Assembly: GCA_017856375.1 (NCBI GenBank)
Contig: JAFMFC010000001.1
Location: 27,455 to 91,454, forward strand
Direction: 5' to 3'
DNA length: 64,000 nucleotides
DNA from: Ilumatobacteraceae bacterium
Lineage (GTDB): Bacteria > Actinomycetota > Acidimicrobiia > Acidimicrobiales > Ilumatobacteraceae
Position 1 is the stretch's first letter; every line of letters begins with the position of its first letter. The position numbers and the translations under genes were made by a program. The notes beneath the pieces were generated by a model, which saw only the letters and a program-made list of their open reading frames with translations, did no database searches and was not told the DNA's origin. Positions 1 to 8,966 of the stretch are shown here, one piece after another.

Positions 1-880
1 CCTTGCCGCCGGCAGCTTCGCTCAGCGAACACACCTGATCGATCCAACGCTTGAGACGTGAACCGTCCTCGTCCTCGCCAGGCCCCCTGATGATGTCCGA
101 GCCGAAAATGATGCGGTGTGCGCCAAGCCTCTGCACCATCACCCGCATTCGACTCCGGAACTCCTCCATGTCACGATCAGCACAGATTTGCCAAAGTGAA
201 ATGTCGACGTATGCCGATCGCCAACCCGAGGCAAGATCGACTGCCTCCATCCACCATGCCTCAAAGCCGGCGTGCGCAAAGATCCAAGTTGCGTTGGGGT
301 GCTTCGCCATCTGGCCAACGAGTGCGGCAGGACGCGAATTGGGCGTGACCAACGGATCACCACCCAAGGCTGCCGTATGGATCACCATCGGAACCCGACG
401 CTCTTCGCAAAACTGCGGCAGCCACGAAAACGCTGGATCATCAATGGACCATCCAGCTGCTGGATAGAGCTTGAATCCGACACAACCTTCGATTCCAACT
501 GTTCGTTCGGCGCGTTCTCGGGAGTCGGGATGACGTGGATCAATTCCCGCGCAATACGCAAGTCTCTTGTTGGTTTCCTTGAACAACCGATCGTAATGCC
601 ACAACATTTCATCCACGGTGAGGTCGCCGGGTTGTTTCGGTGCGGCCAACGTCCAATCGACCGAGGGGATCATCCCACCCGCAACTCCACACTTGTCGAA
701 AGCAGCAACGGTCAGTCTTGCGGTTGGATCGCTCTGCTTGACCATCACATTTGGCTCGACATCCTCGATTCGACGTTCAGGGTGCCGTCGACCAAGGGCC
801 TGACGAGCCCAGGCTGTTCGCACTCCACCGGGAATCCACTCCCGATCCATCACATGAAGGTGCCCGTCGATGACTTTCAT
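1..880 (-). CDS. amidohydrolase-2 family metal-dependent hydrolase (TIM barrel; lactonase/decarboxylase type); C-terminus runs off the window
   Basis: My own minus-strand translation from ATG 880-878 gives MKVIDGHLHVMDREWIPGGVRTAWARQALGRRHPERRIEDVEPNVMVKQSDPT... with an N-terminal DGHxH metal motif. It is absent from the ORF track because there is no stop inside the window. The start lies 2 nt after the thiolase stop. Confidence 0.8.
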   Translation of the reverse strand, partial: MKVIDGHLHVMDREWIPGGVRTAWARQALGRRHPERRIEDVEPNVMVKQSDPTARLTVAAFDKCGVAGGMIPSVDWTLAAPKQPGDLTVDEMLWHYDRLFKETNKRLAYCAGIDPRHPDSRERAERTVGIEGCVGFKLYPAAGWSIDDPAFSWLPQFCEERRVPMVIHTAALGGDPLVTPNSRPAALVGQMAKHPNATWIFAHAGFEAWWMEAVDLASGWRSAYVDISLWQICADRDMEEFRSRMRVMVQRLGAHRIIFGSDIIRGPGEDEDGSRLKRWIDQVCSLSEAAGGK

Positions 881-882
881 CG

Positions 883-2061
883 TCACCACGCCTCGTCACG
901 CACAAGAACATGAACGGAAGAGACCGAAGTCTGCCAATCGATGACACCGCCACCAATTTGGGCCAAAGCAACCCGAGGTTGGTGAACTTGACGAGCTCCG
1001 CTGATACCTCGAAGTTGACTTACCAACTCATGGATCTGCGCGACTCCACTTGCACCGAGCGCATGACCCCGAGAAACGAGCCCACCTGAGGGATTGATTG
1101 GGAGCTTTCCACCCAAGGCGGTATGCCCGGACATCGCCCAGTCGTATTCGTTACCTGGCTGACACAGACCTGTTTCGCGCCATGCAATGACTTCATAGGC
1201 CACGCTCGCATCATGCACTTCTGCAACGTTGACATCAGCCACGGAAACCCCAGCCATCGCCAACGACTTCTGTGATGCCGCTTCAGCAGACGTCGGATGA
1301 CTCTGGCCCTTCTTCGGTCGCGACGCCATCGACGATCCGGCAATCCTGACGTTTGTTCCCGATCGCTTGCGGCGCGAGACGATCACTGCAGCAGAACCAT
1401 CACTCACCGGAGAGCTCATCAATGTGGTGATGGGATCAACCACCAATCGTGAACCGAGAATCGCCTCGATGGAATGGCCCTCCTGGCGATGAGCCATGGG
1501 GTTCAAGGCGCCGTACGCATATGCCTTCTCGGCGATCTTGGCAAGAGCCTCCACCGTCATTCCGCGTTCGTCGATCAACATCTTGGCAAGTGCGGCTTGA
1601 CGATCGACAAGAGGCGTACGGTCGGTTCCGGCACCCTCACCGACAGCAAACATTGCATCGATATCGGTTCCTGATCGATAGGCGGAAAATGTTCGCGTCT
1701 TGTCTACGTGGTTAGCCTTTTCTACGCCCAATGCCAGCGCGGTCTCGCACATGCCTGAGGCCACAGCGAGCCAAGCCAAATGCACCGCGTTGCCACCAGA
1801 GGCGCATGCGTTCTCGACGTTGTAGATGGGAACCGTTCCGAATCCCAGTGGGTACAGCATCACTTCTCCACGGATGCACTCTTGCCCCGTGATCAAACCC
1901 GCCAATGAATTGGAGAAAAAGACCGCACCGATCTCGTCAACGGACATCGATGCATCAGCGAGCACCGCTTCCACTGCGCCCCGCGACATTTCCTTCATCG
2001 AAATGTCGAGATGACGGCCGAAACGGGTCATTCCCGTTCCTGCTATGTACACCTGTTCCAT
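883..2061 (-). CDS. thiolase-like protein (SCP-x / lipid-transfer-protein type acetyl-CoA acyltransferase)
   Basis: ORF 883..2097. The likely start is MEQVYIAGTGMTRFG (ATG 2061), preceded by AAAGGA. An active-site Cys context NVENACASGGNAV and a C-terminal GGLVSRGHALGASG are present. Confidence 0.88.
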   Translation of the reverse strand: MEQVYIAGTGMTRFGRHLDISMKEMSRGAVEAVLADASMSVDEIGAVFFSNSLAGLITGQECIRGEVMLYPLGFGTVPIYNVENACASGGNAVHLAWLAVASGMCETALALGVEKANHVDKTRTFSAYRSGTDIDAMFAVGEGAGTDRTPLVDRQAALAKMLIDERGMTVEALAKIAEKAYAYGALNPMAHRQEGHSIEAILGSRLVVDPITTLMSSPVSDGSAAVIVSRRKRSGTNVRIAGSSMASRPKKGQSHPTSAEAASQKSLAMAGVSVADVNVAEVHDASVAYEVIAWRETGLCQPGNEYDWAMSGHTALGGKLPINPSGGLVSRGHALGASGVAQIHELVSQLRGISGARQVHQPRVALAQIGGGVIDWQTSVSSVHVLVRDEAW

Positions 2062-2072
2062 CTGGGGTCCTT

Positions 2073-2882
2073 TCAGCCTTTTCGGGGCGACGGCCACTGG
2101 GCCGACACCCCACCATCGACAATCAAAGAGTGCCCGTTTACGTAGCTCGCATCGTCACTTGCAAGAAACGCAGCTGCACCAGCTACTTCTTCCGGACGAC
2201 CTTGTCGCCGCATGGGGCCGATCTCCGACCGCGCCGCTAGAGCCTCCTCCGAATCCCCGAATTCTCGCCGAACGAGCGCGGAGTCGATTACCCCGAGCAC
2301 AACGGCATTCGAGCGGATTCCTTTGCTTCCAAAGCGAACTGCGATATGGCGCATCACCGCGAGTTGAGCAGCTTTGGTTGCTTCATACGCAAGTGAACGT
2401 CCCGAACTCAATTGACCTGCTGTTGATCCGACAAAAACGAAACTGCCGGCTCCACGCTCGATCATCTGCGGAAGAGCCTTCTGAGCAACGAGCCAATGGC
2501 CGCGGACGTTGACATCGTTCGAGAATTCCCAATCCTCAACCGTCTGTTGAACTGCCGACATGGAACTCGACACGGCGGCATTTGCAATCACCACGTCAAC
2601 TCGACCGTATTTGTCAAGCGAAGATTCGACGATTCGAGTGCAATCCTCGATGTTCGCGAGGTCAGCTTCAACGGCGTGCGCTTCGCCCTGCAGGTTGTCG
2701 ACGGTCAACTTTGCGAGATCAAGACGACGATCGACAACCACGACTCGCGCCCCTTCGCTCGCCAGGCGCATCGCGATTGCTCGACCGTTACCCATCGGGA
2801 TCTTGCCTCGCTCTCGCGAGGGACCATCGGCACCTCCGCCAAGCACCACCGCAACTTTTCCTTCGAATCTGCGCAATGTCAT
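2073..2882 (-). CDS. SDR family oxidoreductase with an atypical insertion in the Gly-rich cofactor loop
   Basis: ORF 2073..2981. The likely start MTLRRFEGKVAVV overlaps the ACAD stop (ATGA at 2882). A Rossmann N-terminus and NAAV, S...YxxxK (YEATKAA) motifs are present. The loop reads GGGADGPSRERGKIPMGNGRAIA. Confidence 0.85.
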   Translation of the reverse strand: MTLRRFEGKVAVVLGGGADGPSRERGKIPMGNGRAIAMRLASEGARVVVVDRRLDLAKLTVDNLQGEAHAVEADLANIEDCTRIVESSLDKYGRVDVVIANAAVSSSMSAVQQTVEDWEFSNDVNVRGHWLVAQKALPQMIERGAGSFVFVGSTAGQLSSGRSLAYEATKAAQLAVMRHIAVRFGSKGIRSNAVVLGVIDSALVRREFGDSEEALAARSEIGPMRRQGRPEEVAGAAAFLASDDASYVNGHSLIVDGGVSAQWPSPRKG

Positions 2883-4051
2883 CAGTAACTCTTCGGGAGT
2901 CCCATTACGTTTTGAGCCAAGTAATTGAGAGTCATTTCTTGGCTTACCGGGGCGATTCGAATGACCCTCGACTCTCGCCAATAGCGCTCGACGTTGTATT
3001 CCGTCGCATAGCCCAAGCCACCGAACGTTTGCATTGCCCGATCAGCGGCCTGAAATCCGGCTTCTGCAGCCAAATACTTCGCCGTATTAGCTTCCTCGCC
3101 ACACGGCTCGTTGCGATCAAATTTGGCGGCCGCTACTTCCACCATCTGCCATGCGGCCCGGAGTCTGGCGTACGAATCGGCAAGAGGATGGCTGATCGCC
3201 TGATTGGCGCCGATTGCTCGACCAAAGACTTCACGTTCCTTTGCGTAACGAACTGCCGCTCGCAATGCAGCCTCACCTGTACCAATCGCTGTTGCAGCCA
3301 GCAAGATTCGTTCGGGATTCAGCCCGGAAAGAATGTGGTAAAAACCGCGGCCTTCCTCGCCCACCATTCGCCAATCGGCCACGGGAAGGTTGTCGTAGAA
3401 CGTCTCACAACTGGCCACGGCATTTCGACCGACCTTCTTGATCGGACGAATCGTCACGTGCTTTGGATCTAGATCGGCAAGGAACAATGTCAGGCCGCCG
3501 AACCGATCCTTCGGATCAGTGCCCGTCCGCACCAGCAGAAGTACTACTTCAGATTCCAGAGCCTTGGATGTCCAGATCTTTTGACCGTTGATGATCCACG
3601 AATCGGCGTCGACACGCGTGGCCTTCGTGGCGATTCTGCTCGTGTCCGTTCCAGCGTTCGGCTCGGTGACGCCGAAGGCAACGTGGAGGTCACCTTGCAC
3701 TGCTCTCGGAAGATACGAATCTTTCAAACGCTTGCTTCCGAACTTGACGACCGGCTGAAGACCGAACACCGTCAGGTGCATTGCGGTGCAACCGTTCATT
3801 GCGGCACCCGACGCAGCGATCTCCCGCATCATCACTGCCGATTCAGCAATACCTCTGTTTCCGCCGCCGTACTCTTCAGGGAAGGACAGGCCAATCCAGC
3901 CACCCTCAGCCATCGCTGCGTAAAAATCCCACGGAAATTCATGATTCTCATCACAGCGCGACCAATAGCTGTCGTCGAACGAACTACAACGCTGACGGAC
4001 CGCCTCGGCGATCAGTTGGTGGTCTTCGTTCCCGTAGACCGGCTCATTCAT
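2882..4051 (-). CDS. acyl-CoA dehydrogenase family protein
   Basis: 389 aa with ACAD-like blocks FGVTEPNAGTD, WIINGQKIWTS and GGLGYATEYNVERYWRESRV. The start overlaps the upstream stop by 1 nt (TAATG). Confidence 0.9.
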   Translation of the reverse strand: MNEPVYGNEDHQLIAEAVRQRCSSFDDSYWSRCDENHEFPWDFYAAMAEGGWIGLSFPEEYGGGNRGIAESAVMMREIAASGAAMNGCTAMHLTVFGLQPVVKFGSKRLKDSYLPRAVQGDLHVAFGVTEPNAGTDTSRIATKATRVDADSWIINGQKIWTSKALESEVVLLLVRTGTDPKDRFGGLTLFLADLDPKHVTIRPIKKVGRNAVASCETFYDNLPVADWRMVGEEGRGFYHILSGLNPERILLAATAIGTGEAALRAAVRYAKEREVFGRAIGANQAISHPLADSYARLRAAWQMVEVAAAKFDRNEPCGEEANTAKYLAAEAGFQAADRAMQTFGGLGYATEYNVERYWRESRVIRIAPVSQEMTLNYLAQNVMGLPKSY

Positions 4052-4851
4052 TACATGGCCGCCGCTGCTACCAACAATGACACTTCCGTGCCGAGGGCTC
4101 CTGATTCATAGGGGGTCATGTGAGCAGTCTGGGCGATCGTCTTGACCTGTGCATGAGGAAAGGCCGTTGACCATTCATAAGCCAACTCACTCGGCACAAT
4201 TCCATCCTTTTCGCCGAACAACACCGTCATGGGAACGGTAGCCAGGCGGTAGGCACGCTTGGCGATGTTCGTATCAGGCAAGGGGAAGATGAATCGACTT
4301 GCGGCGCCAAGCACTTCGACGCGGCGAATCGCCATGAGCCCCCGTTCGTAAGCATCGCTCGGGGATGGGTAGTGCGCTGTGGCGATCGAGCCGGCCGGGT
4401 CCATGTACACGTGATGCATCACGTCCTTCGGCAACAGACCAAAGATGTCTGCTCCCGGATACACCGAATTGAAGAATCCGAAGGGATTCGACAGCACCAA
4501 TCCACGTACCTTCAAGGGCTGCGTTATGGCCATCTCCGTGGCCAACGCACCACCGAGGCAATGACCTACCAGCACTACTGGCTCGCTCGACAGTTGTTCG
4601 ACGGCCCACCACATGGCAAGGGCGAGTTCAGAAATGTCGTCGAAATGTTCGATGCCCTTCGAAAGTCCCCAGCCGGGTATGTGCAGGGTCGCAACGTCCA
4701 TCGTCGACATCACCTGGTCGCCGAGCGGCGCATCACCAAAGGCACCCCATGCGGAATGGAGAAACACCACCAGCGGGCCCCCGCGATTTTCGGTGCGATC
4801 GACCACGAAACTGAGGCCCTTGAGCGGCCCCTCGATCACCTGGCGGGTCAT
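4051..4851 (-). CDS. alpha/beta-fold hydrolase with a Cys nucleophile elbow (GHCLGG; dienelactone-hydrolase-like chemistry)
   Basis: ORF 4051..4917. The likely start MTRQVIEG forms an ATGA overlap with the LLM stop at 4848-4851. Motifs are VVFLHSAWG, a nucleophile elbow VGHCLGG (TGC codon verified in the DNA), GEKDGIVP (Asp) and QTAHMTPYE (His). Confidence 0.85.
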   Translation of the reverse strand: MTRQVIEGPLKGLSFVVDRTENRGGPLVVFLHSAWGAFGDAPLGDQVMSTMDVATLHIPGWGLSKGIEHFDDISELALAMWWAVEQLSSEPVVLVGHCLGGALATEMAITQPLKVRGLVLSNPFGFFNSVYPGADIFGLLPKDVMHHVYMDPAGSIATAHYPSPSDAYERGLMAIRRVEVLGAASRFIFPLPDTNIAKRAYRLATVPMTVLFGEKDGIVPSELAYEWSTAFPHAQVKTIAQTAHMTPYESGALGTEVSLLVAAAAM

Positions 4852-6113
4852 ACGCGGACCTCGCGCCTGACCGAAGCAACCTCGGCGGGCGAGAATCCAG
4901 CAATCGGCTTCGGCCACCAGTGGTGTTGGTGATTGGAGAACACGTCCGACAATCCGGGCATTACCTTCTCCGTAAAGAGGTCGATGTTGTACATGGCCAG
5001 GTCCTTCGGCATCGAACCCAACTGCATCAACAACACCCAGTTGCCGATGCTGTTCTCACGGCCAGCCGCTTCAAGGCGCTCACGCACGGTGTCCGGGCTT
5101 CCACCGATGATGATTCCCATGTCGACCATCTGATCCCACGAGTACTTCTGGGCAGCCGCAAAGGAATCGGCACGACTTGCACTCGCCGCTCCCGGCTTGG
5201 GCAGAACTTCCTTCAAGGACTCCACTGATTTGTAACCGGGGGCCTCGGTGTAAGCGGGATAGATGTGAGTGCAGCGCTGGAAGAAATACTTGGCGTGCTC
5301 TTCATAGAGCCTCTTGGCTTCAGCATCGGTGTCGCCGACCATCACCACTTGAACCATTCCCGTGCGATACGGGTTCTGGTCCATTCCTGCCTTTTCTACG
5401 CGATCCCAATACTTGCGGAAGTTGTCCGTCGCAAACTTTGCACCGAAATAGGAGAGCAAGAAGAACGGCGAGTTCATTTCGATTGCAAAATCCATCGTCT
5501 CCAACGAACCACTTCCTGGAGTCCAGATTGGAGGATGCGGGTTCTGCAATGGCTTTGGCCATGGATTGACATATCGCAACTTGGTGAACCGACCATTGAA
5601 TGAAAACACCTCGGGTTCTGTCCAAGCTCGCAAAACGAGTTCAATCCCTTCACGATGCTGTTCACGCATGGTTGCCGGTTTGACGCCGTATGCAAAGTTC
5701 GCATCCGAACTACTCCCCAGGGGGAATCCGGTGATCAAACGACCGCCGCTGATCACGTCAAGCATCGCCAACTCTTCGGCAACGCGGATCGGGGGGTTGT
5801 ACAAACAAACCGCGTCGCCCAAGACCAACAACTTGGCATCTGTGTCGGTGATACGCCTCGCAAGAGCGGCACCCATCATGTTCGGACTGCACATGAGTCC
5901 GTAGCCAGAGTTATGGTGCTCGTTTACACCGATTGCATCGAATCCCTTTGTTGCCGCATATTCGAGTTCGTCGAGGTACTCGTTGTACAAGCGGTGAATA
6001 CGCGGAACATCTTGGAGAGAAGGCGGGATGTCCACCCACACGCTGCGATGATTCGTGGTGAAGTCATCGGGCAACCCGTCAAATGGCATCAGATGGAAGT
6101 AGGTAAATTTCAT
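4848..6113 (-). CDS. LLM-class (luciferase-like) flavin-dependent monooxygenase/oxidoreductase, long form
   Basis: 421 aa starting MKFTYFHLMPF. Blocks GVNEHHNS and DVISGGRLITGFPLG are typical of bacterial luciferase-like monooxygenases. GGGGGAG Shine-Dalgarno upstream. Confidence 0.9.
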   Translation of the reverse strand: MKFTYFHLMPFDGLPDDFTTNHRSVWVDIPPSLQDVPRIHRLYNEYLDELEYAATKGFDAIGVNEHHNSGYGLMCSPNMMGAALARRITDTDAKLLVLGDAVCLYNPPIRVAEELAMLDVISGGRLITGFPLGSSSDANFAYGVKPATMREQHREGIELVLRAWTEPEVFSFNGRFTKLRYVNPWPKPLQNPHPPIWTPGSGSLETMDFAIEMNSPFFLLSYFGAKFATDNFRKYWDRVEKAGMDQNPYRTGMVQVVMVGDTDAEAKRLYEEHAKYFFQRCTHIYPAYTEAPGYKSVESLKEVLPKPGAASASRADSFAAAQKYSWDQMVDMGIIIGGSPDTVRERLEAAGRENSIGNWVLLMQLGSMPKDLAMYNIDLFTEKVMPGLSDVFSNHQHHWWPKPIAGFSPAEVASVRREVRV

Positions 6114-6141
6114 GAGCTCCCCCGCTTGCTTTTCATTGACC

Positions 6142-6157
6142 TAACACTTGCTTGGTA
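6142..6157. promoter_or_regulatory. candidate operator, copy 1 of a recurring 16-mer (TAACACTTGCTTGGTA)
   Basis: Lies 28 nt upstream of the LLM start at 6113. It matches the copy at 7186-7201 at 14/16 positions. An extra half-site GCTTGCT sits at 6124-6130. Confidence 0.5.
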
Positions 6158-6234
6158 TCCTAGAAAACGAGAACGCGAAGCGCAAGCCCGACCAAAAAAT
6201 CGGTCGCCCTTCCCCACCAGTATTTCCTCGGCGT

Positions 6235-7140
6235 TTACGAACCCTGCTTGTTCATCTCCACGATCATGCCCATCTCTGCCGCTACGTCGGCAATCAGGAG
6301 GGGCTGGGTCGGATCGGTAATCGTCCCCCAGGCCTCGGCAACCTGCTCGGCCGACATCGTTTCAGCAAAGAAGGCACCCCGATTTTGTTCGACCAACAAC
6401 CGAGCAACGCGTCCGCCTCCGACGATCAAGACCTCGCCCGTCACCGGACACGAATCGTGCGAGAGGTACACGACCACCGGAGTAACGAATCCTGGATCCA
6501 TTCGTGACGCCAAGTCGCCGATCAGGTTCTCGGTCATTCTGGTGAGCGCTCCAGGAGCAATCGCGTTCACCTTGATTCCGGCTCGAGCGCCTTCGATTGC
6601 AAGCGTCCTCGTCAACCCGATCAACGCGGCTTTCGCCGAGCCGTAATTCGCTTGACCAAAGTTTCCGAGATAGCCGGCGACCGATGTCGTCATCACTACT
6701 CGTCCGCCACCTTGTTCCTTCATGTGCGGCCACGCTGCTTGCGTCACATAGAAGCTGCCAAAAAAATGGACACGCATTACACGTTCGACATCTTCATTCG
6801 TCATCTTGGGGAAGGATTTGTCCAAAAGTATTCCCGCGTTGTTGACGACCACATCGATCCGTCCGAACTCTTTTACTGTGCGATCAACCAATGCAGCTGC
6901 CGACTGGGGCTGCGAGATGTCACTGAAATCAGCGATCGCCGTACCGCCCTGCTGGTTGATTGATTTCACCAGTTCGTCGGCTGGCGACTCAGTTGTCGTC
7001 TCGCCATGGAGCCCTGCTCCGACATCGTTTACGACAACAAGTGCGCCACGCTGCGCGAACTGCAAGGCATGTGATCGTCCGAGCCCGCGCCCTGCGCCGG
7101 TGATCACTACGACCTTTCCGTCGAAACCCAATTGGTCCAT
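6235..7140 (-). CDS. SDR, MFE-2/17beta-HSD4-type (3R)-hydroxyacyl-CoA dehydrogenase-like
   Basis: 301 aa with VVVITGAGRGLGRSHAL, NNAGIL and S...YGSAKAA motifs. Confidence 0.88.
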   Translation of the reverse strand: MDQLGFDGKVVVITGAGRGLGRSHALQFAQRGALVVVNDVGAGLHGETTTESPADELVKSINQQGGTAIADFSDISQPQSAAALVDRTVKEFGRIDVVVNNAGILLDKSFPKMTNEDVERVMRVHFFGSFYVTQAAWPHMKEQGGGRVVMTTSVAGYLGNFGQANYGSAKAALIGLTRTLAIEGARAGIKVNAIAPGALTRMTENLIGDLASRMDPGFVTPVVVYLSHDSCPVTGEVLIVGGGRVARLLVEQNRGAFFAETMSAEQVAEAWGTITDPTQPLLIADVAAEMGMIVEMNKQGS

Positions 7141-7185
7141 AACTCTTTCCTCTTTTCACCCCACGGTGTTGGACGTTCGAGAACC

Positions 7186-7201
7186 TAGCACTTGCTTGCT
7201 A
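7186..7201. promoter_or_regulatory. candidate operator, copy 2 (TAGCACTTGCTTGCTA; TAGCA-N6-TGCTA inverted repeat)
   Basis: Sits in the 63-nt divergent region between the SDR (start 7140) and the CoA-transferase gene. It overlaps the TTG at 7192 that the ORF track uses as a start. Confidence 0.55.
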
Positions 7202-7203
7202 CG

Positions 7204-8493
7204 GTGAGCAGTGTGACGAAACAAGTCGGATCACTTCAGCTCGTCGATGTCGCCGCAGCCGTCCGAACACTGGAGCCCGGGGCGCGCATCATTGCTTCAC
7301 CGGGATGCGGAAGTCCGACGACTCTTCTCTCCGCGCTGAACGATGCGGCGAGCCAACGCGACACGTACACCATCTACTCAGGGCTGCAAATGTCCTACCC
7401 CTTCCTGGACGCTCTGAAGGAAGGGCGCGTGCGCCACGTTTCCTGGCACGTCATGCCCGAGATACGCGACTTGGTGCAATCGGGAGTAGTCGATTACCTG
7501 CCGACCAGGGCGAGCGAGGTTCCCTCACATATCGACCGCTGGAGGATAGATACGGCTTTCGTGCGAGTCTCTCCGCCAGACAACCAGGGAAACGTGAGTC
7601 TCGGACCTTGCGGCAGTTACCCCATCGAGGCCGTGCAACGCTGCAAACGAGTCATTGCTGAAATCGACGAGCAGTTGCCACATACCCATGGCAACCGATT
7701 TCCCAAAGACTTGATCACGCTCGCCGTCGAATCAACATCACCTATGCCTCGATATGAGTCCGCCGTTCCTTCTCCGGAGGCACACTCGATTGCGGAGACT
7801 GTTGTCCAATTGATCCCAAATGGCGCCACGATCCAAGTCGGCATCGGTGCAATTCCGGAGTCGATCGTGGAAATACTTGCCGACTCAGACGTCGGAGAAT
7901 TGCGATTCGTCGGCATGGGTACCGACTCGATGACCAAGATTGCCGAGAGAGGGAAACTGGCAACCGGAGTGGGTGCAGCGATTACCGCTGTCGAGCTCAT
8001 GGGTGGCCCCACGATCATGGACTTCGCTCACGAGAACTCTCTTGTTCGAGTCGTCAGTTCACTCGAAGGCCAGGGCGTCAACAAACTTTCGGCGTTTGAG
8101 TCTCTCCACTCGATCAACTCGGCCATTGAAATCGACCTGTCCGGACAAATCAATTCGGAGTCAGTGGGTTCCAAGGTGATGAGTGGGGTCGGAGGAAGCG
8201 TCGACTTCGTTGAATCCGCGTATCAGTCGAGCAGCGGCAGGAGAATAACGGTGTTGGCTTCGACTGCAAAAGGTGGATCGACATCAAGCATCGTTCCAAC
8301 GCTCAGTCCCGGCAGTGCGACATCGATCCCACGCAGCCTTGCCGATCTCGTGGTCACCGAATATGGAGTAGCCGACCTTCGAGGCAAGACGATGACCGAA
8401 AGAGCAACAGCCCTGATTGCTATAAGTCATCCCAATTTCAGGGAACAATTAAATGACGCTAGAACTGCTCAACAAGGGGGAAACAAGAAATGA
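7204..8493 (+). CDS. acetyl-CoA hydrolase/transferase family protein (4-hydroxybutyrate CoA-transferase-like)
   Basis: ORF 7192..8493. The family is called from overall length, composition and gene context (immediately upstream of a MaoC hydratase), with segments such as GMGTD and GVGGSVDF; I recognised no diagnostic motif with certainty. The start is uncertain: TTG 7192 lies inside the palindrome, and GTG 7204 or 7213 are in frame. Confidence 0.8.
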   Translation: MSSVTKQVGSLQLVDVAAAVRTLEPGARIIASPGCGSPTTLLSALNDAASQRDTYTIYSGLQMSYPFLDALKEGRVRHVSWHVMPEIRDLVQSGVVDYLPTRASEVPSHIDRWRIDTAFVRVSPPDNQGNVSLGPCGSYPIEAVQRCKRVIAEIDEQLPHTHGNRFPKDLITLAVESTSPMPRYESAVPSPEAHSIAETVVQLIPNGATIQVGIGAIPESIVEILADSDVGELRFVGMGTDSMTKIAERGKLATGVGAAITAVELMGGPTIMDFAHENSLVRVVSSLEGQGVNKLSAFESLHSINSAIEIDLSGQINSESVGSKVMSGVGGSVDFVESAYQSSSGRRITVLASTAKGGSTSSIVPTLSPGSATSIPRSLADLVVTEYGVADLRGKTMTERATALIAISHPNFREQLNDARTAQQGGNKK

Positions 8494-8966
8494 CCGTGTA
8501 TGAACGTCGCGGACGCTTTTATGACGAAATGGAAATCGGAGACATCTTCCGTCACAAACCAGGCCGAACAATTACCGAAGCAGACAACGTGTTGTTCACT
8601 ACTTTGACCATGAACTCGCAGAGTCTTCACCTCGATGCCGAAGTAGCGGCCAAAAGCGAGTTCGGTCAACGCCTGGTGAACAGCTTGATGACGCTGGCAA
8701 TCATCTGTGGGGTGAGCGTCAGTGACACCACTGAGGGAACGACCATTGCCAACCTGGGATTTGGTCAAATTTTGTTTCCTGCACCCGTCTTCATTGGAGA
8801 CACTCTGTACTCCGAGACCGAAGTCATCGACAAACGCCCCTCCAAGTCTCGGCCAGGCCAGGGAATCGTGACCTTGGAGCACCGTGGCAGAAACCAAAAC
8901 GGTGTGCTCGTTGCCTCGGCCCAACGAAGTGCTCTCGTCAAGTTCAGTCCGGGTGCAGCTTCGTGA
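8490..8966 (+). CDS. MaoC-like (R)-specific enoyl-CoA hydratase/dehydratase (hot-dog fold)
   Basis: 158 aa with GRTITEADNVLFTTLTMNSQSLHLD, typical of MaoC / itaconyl- or mesaconyl-CoA hydratase-type proteins. ATGA overlap with the upstream gene. Confidence 0.88.
   Translation: MTVYERRGRFYDEMEIGDIFRHKPGRTITEADNVLFTTLTMNSQSLHLDAEVAAKSEFGQRLVNSLMTLAIICGVSVSDTTEGTTIANLGFGQILFPAPVFIGDTLYSETEVIDKRPSKSRPGQGIVTLEHRGRNQNGVLVASAQRSALVKFSPGAAS

Noticed and set aside
272-913. A 213-aa plus-strand ORF at the left edge.
   Set aside because: The opposite strand encodes an uninterrupted amidohydrolase (HxH motif) that continues to the window edge and is coupled to the thiolase gene. The plus-strand ORF is its shadow.
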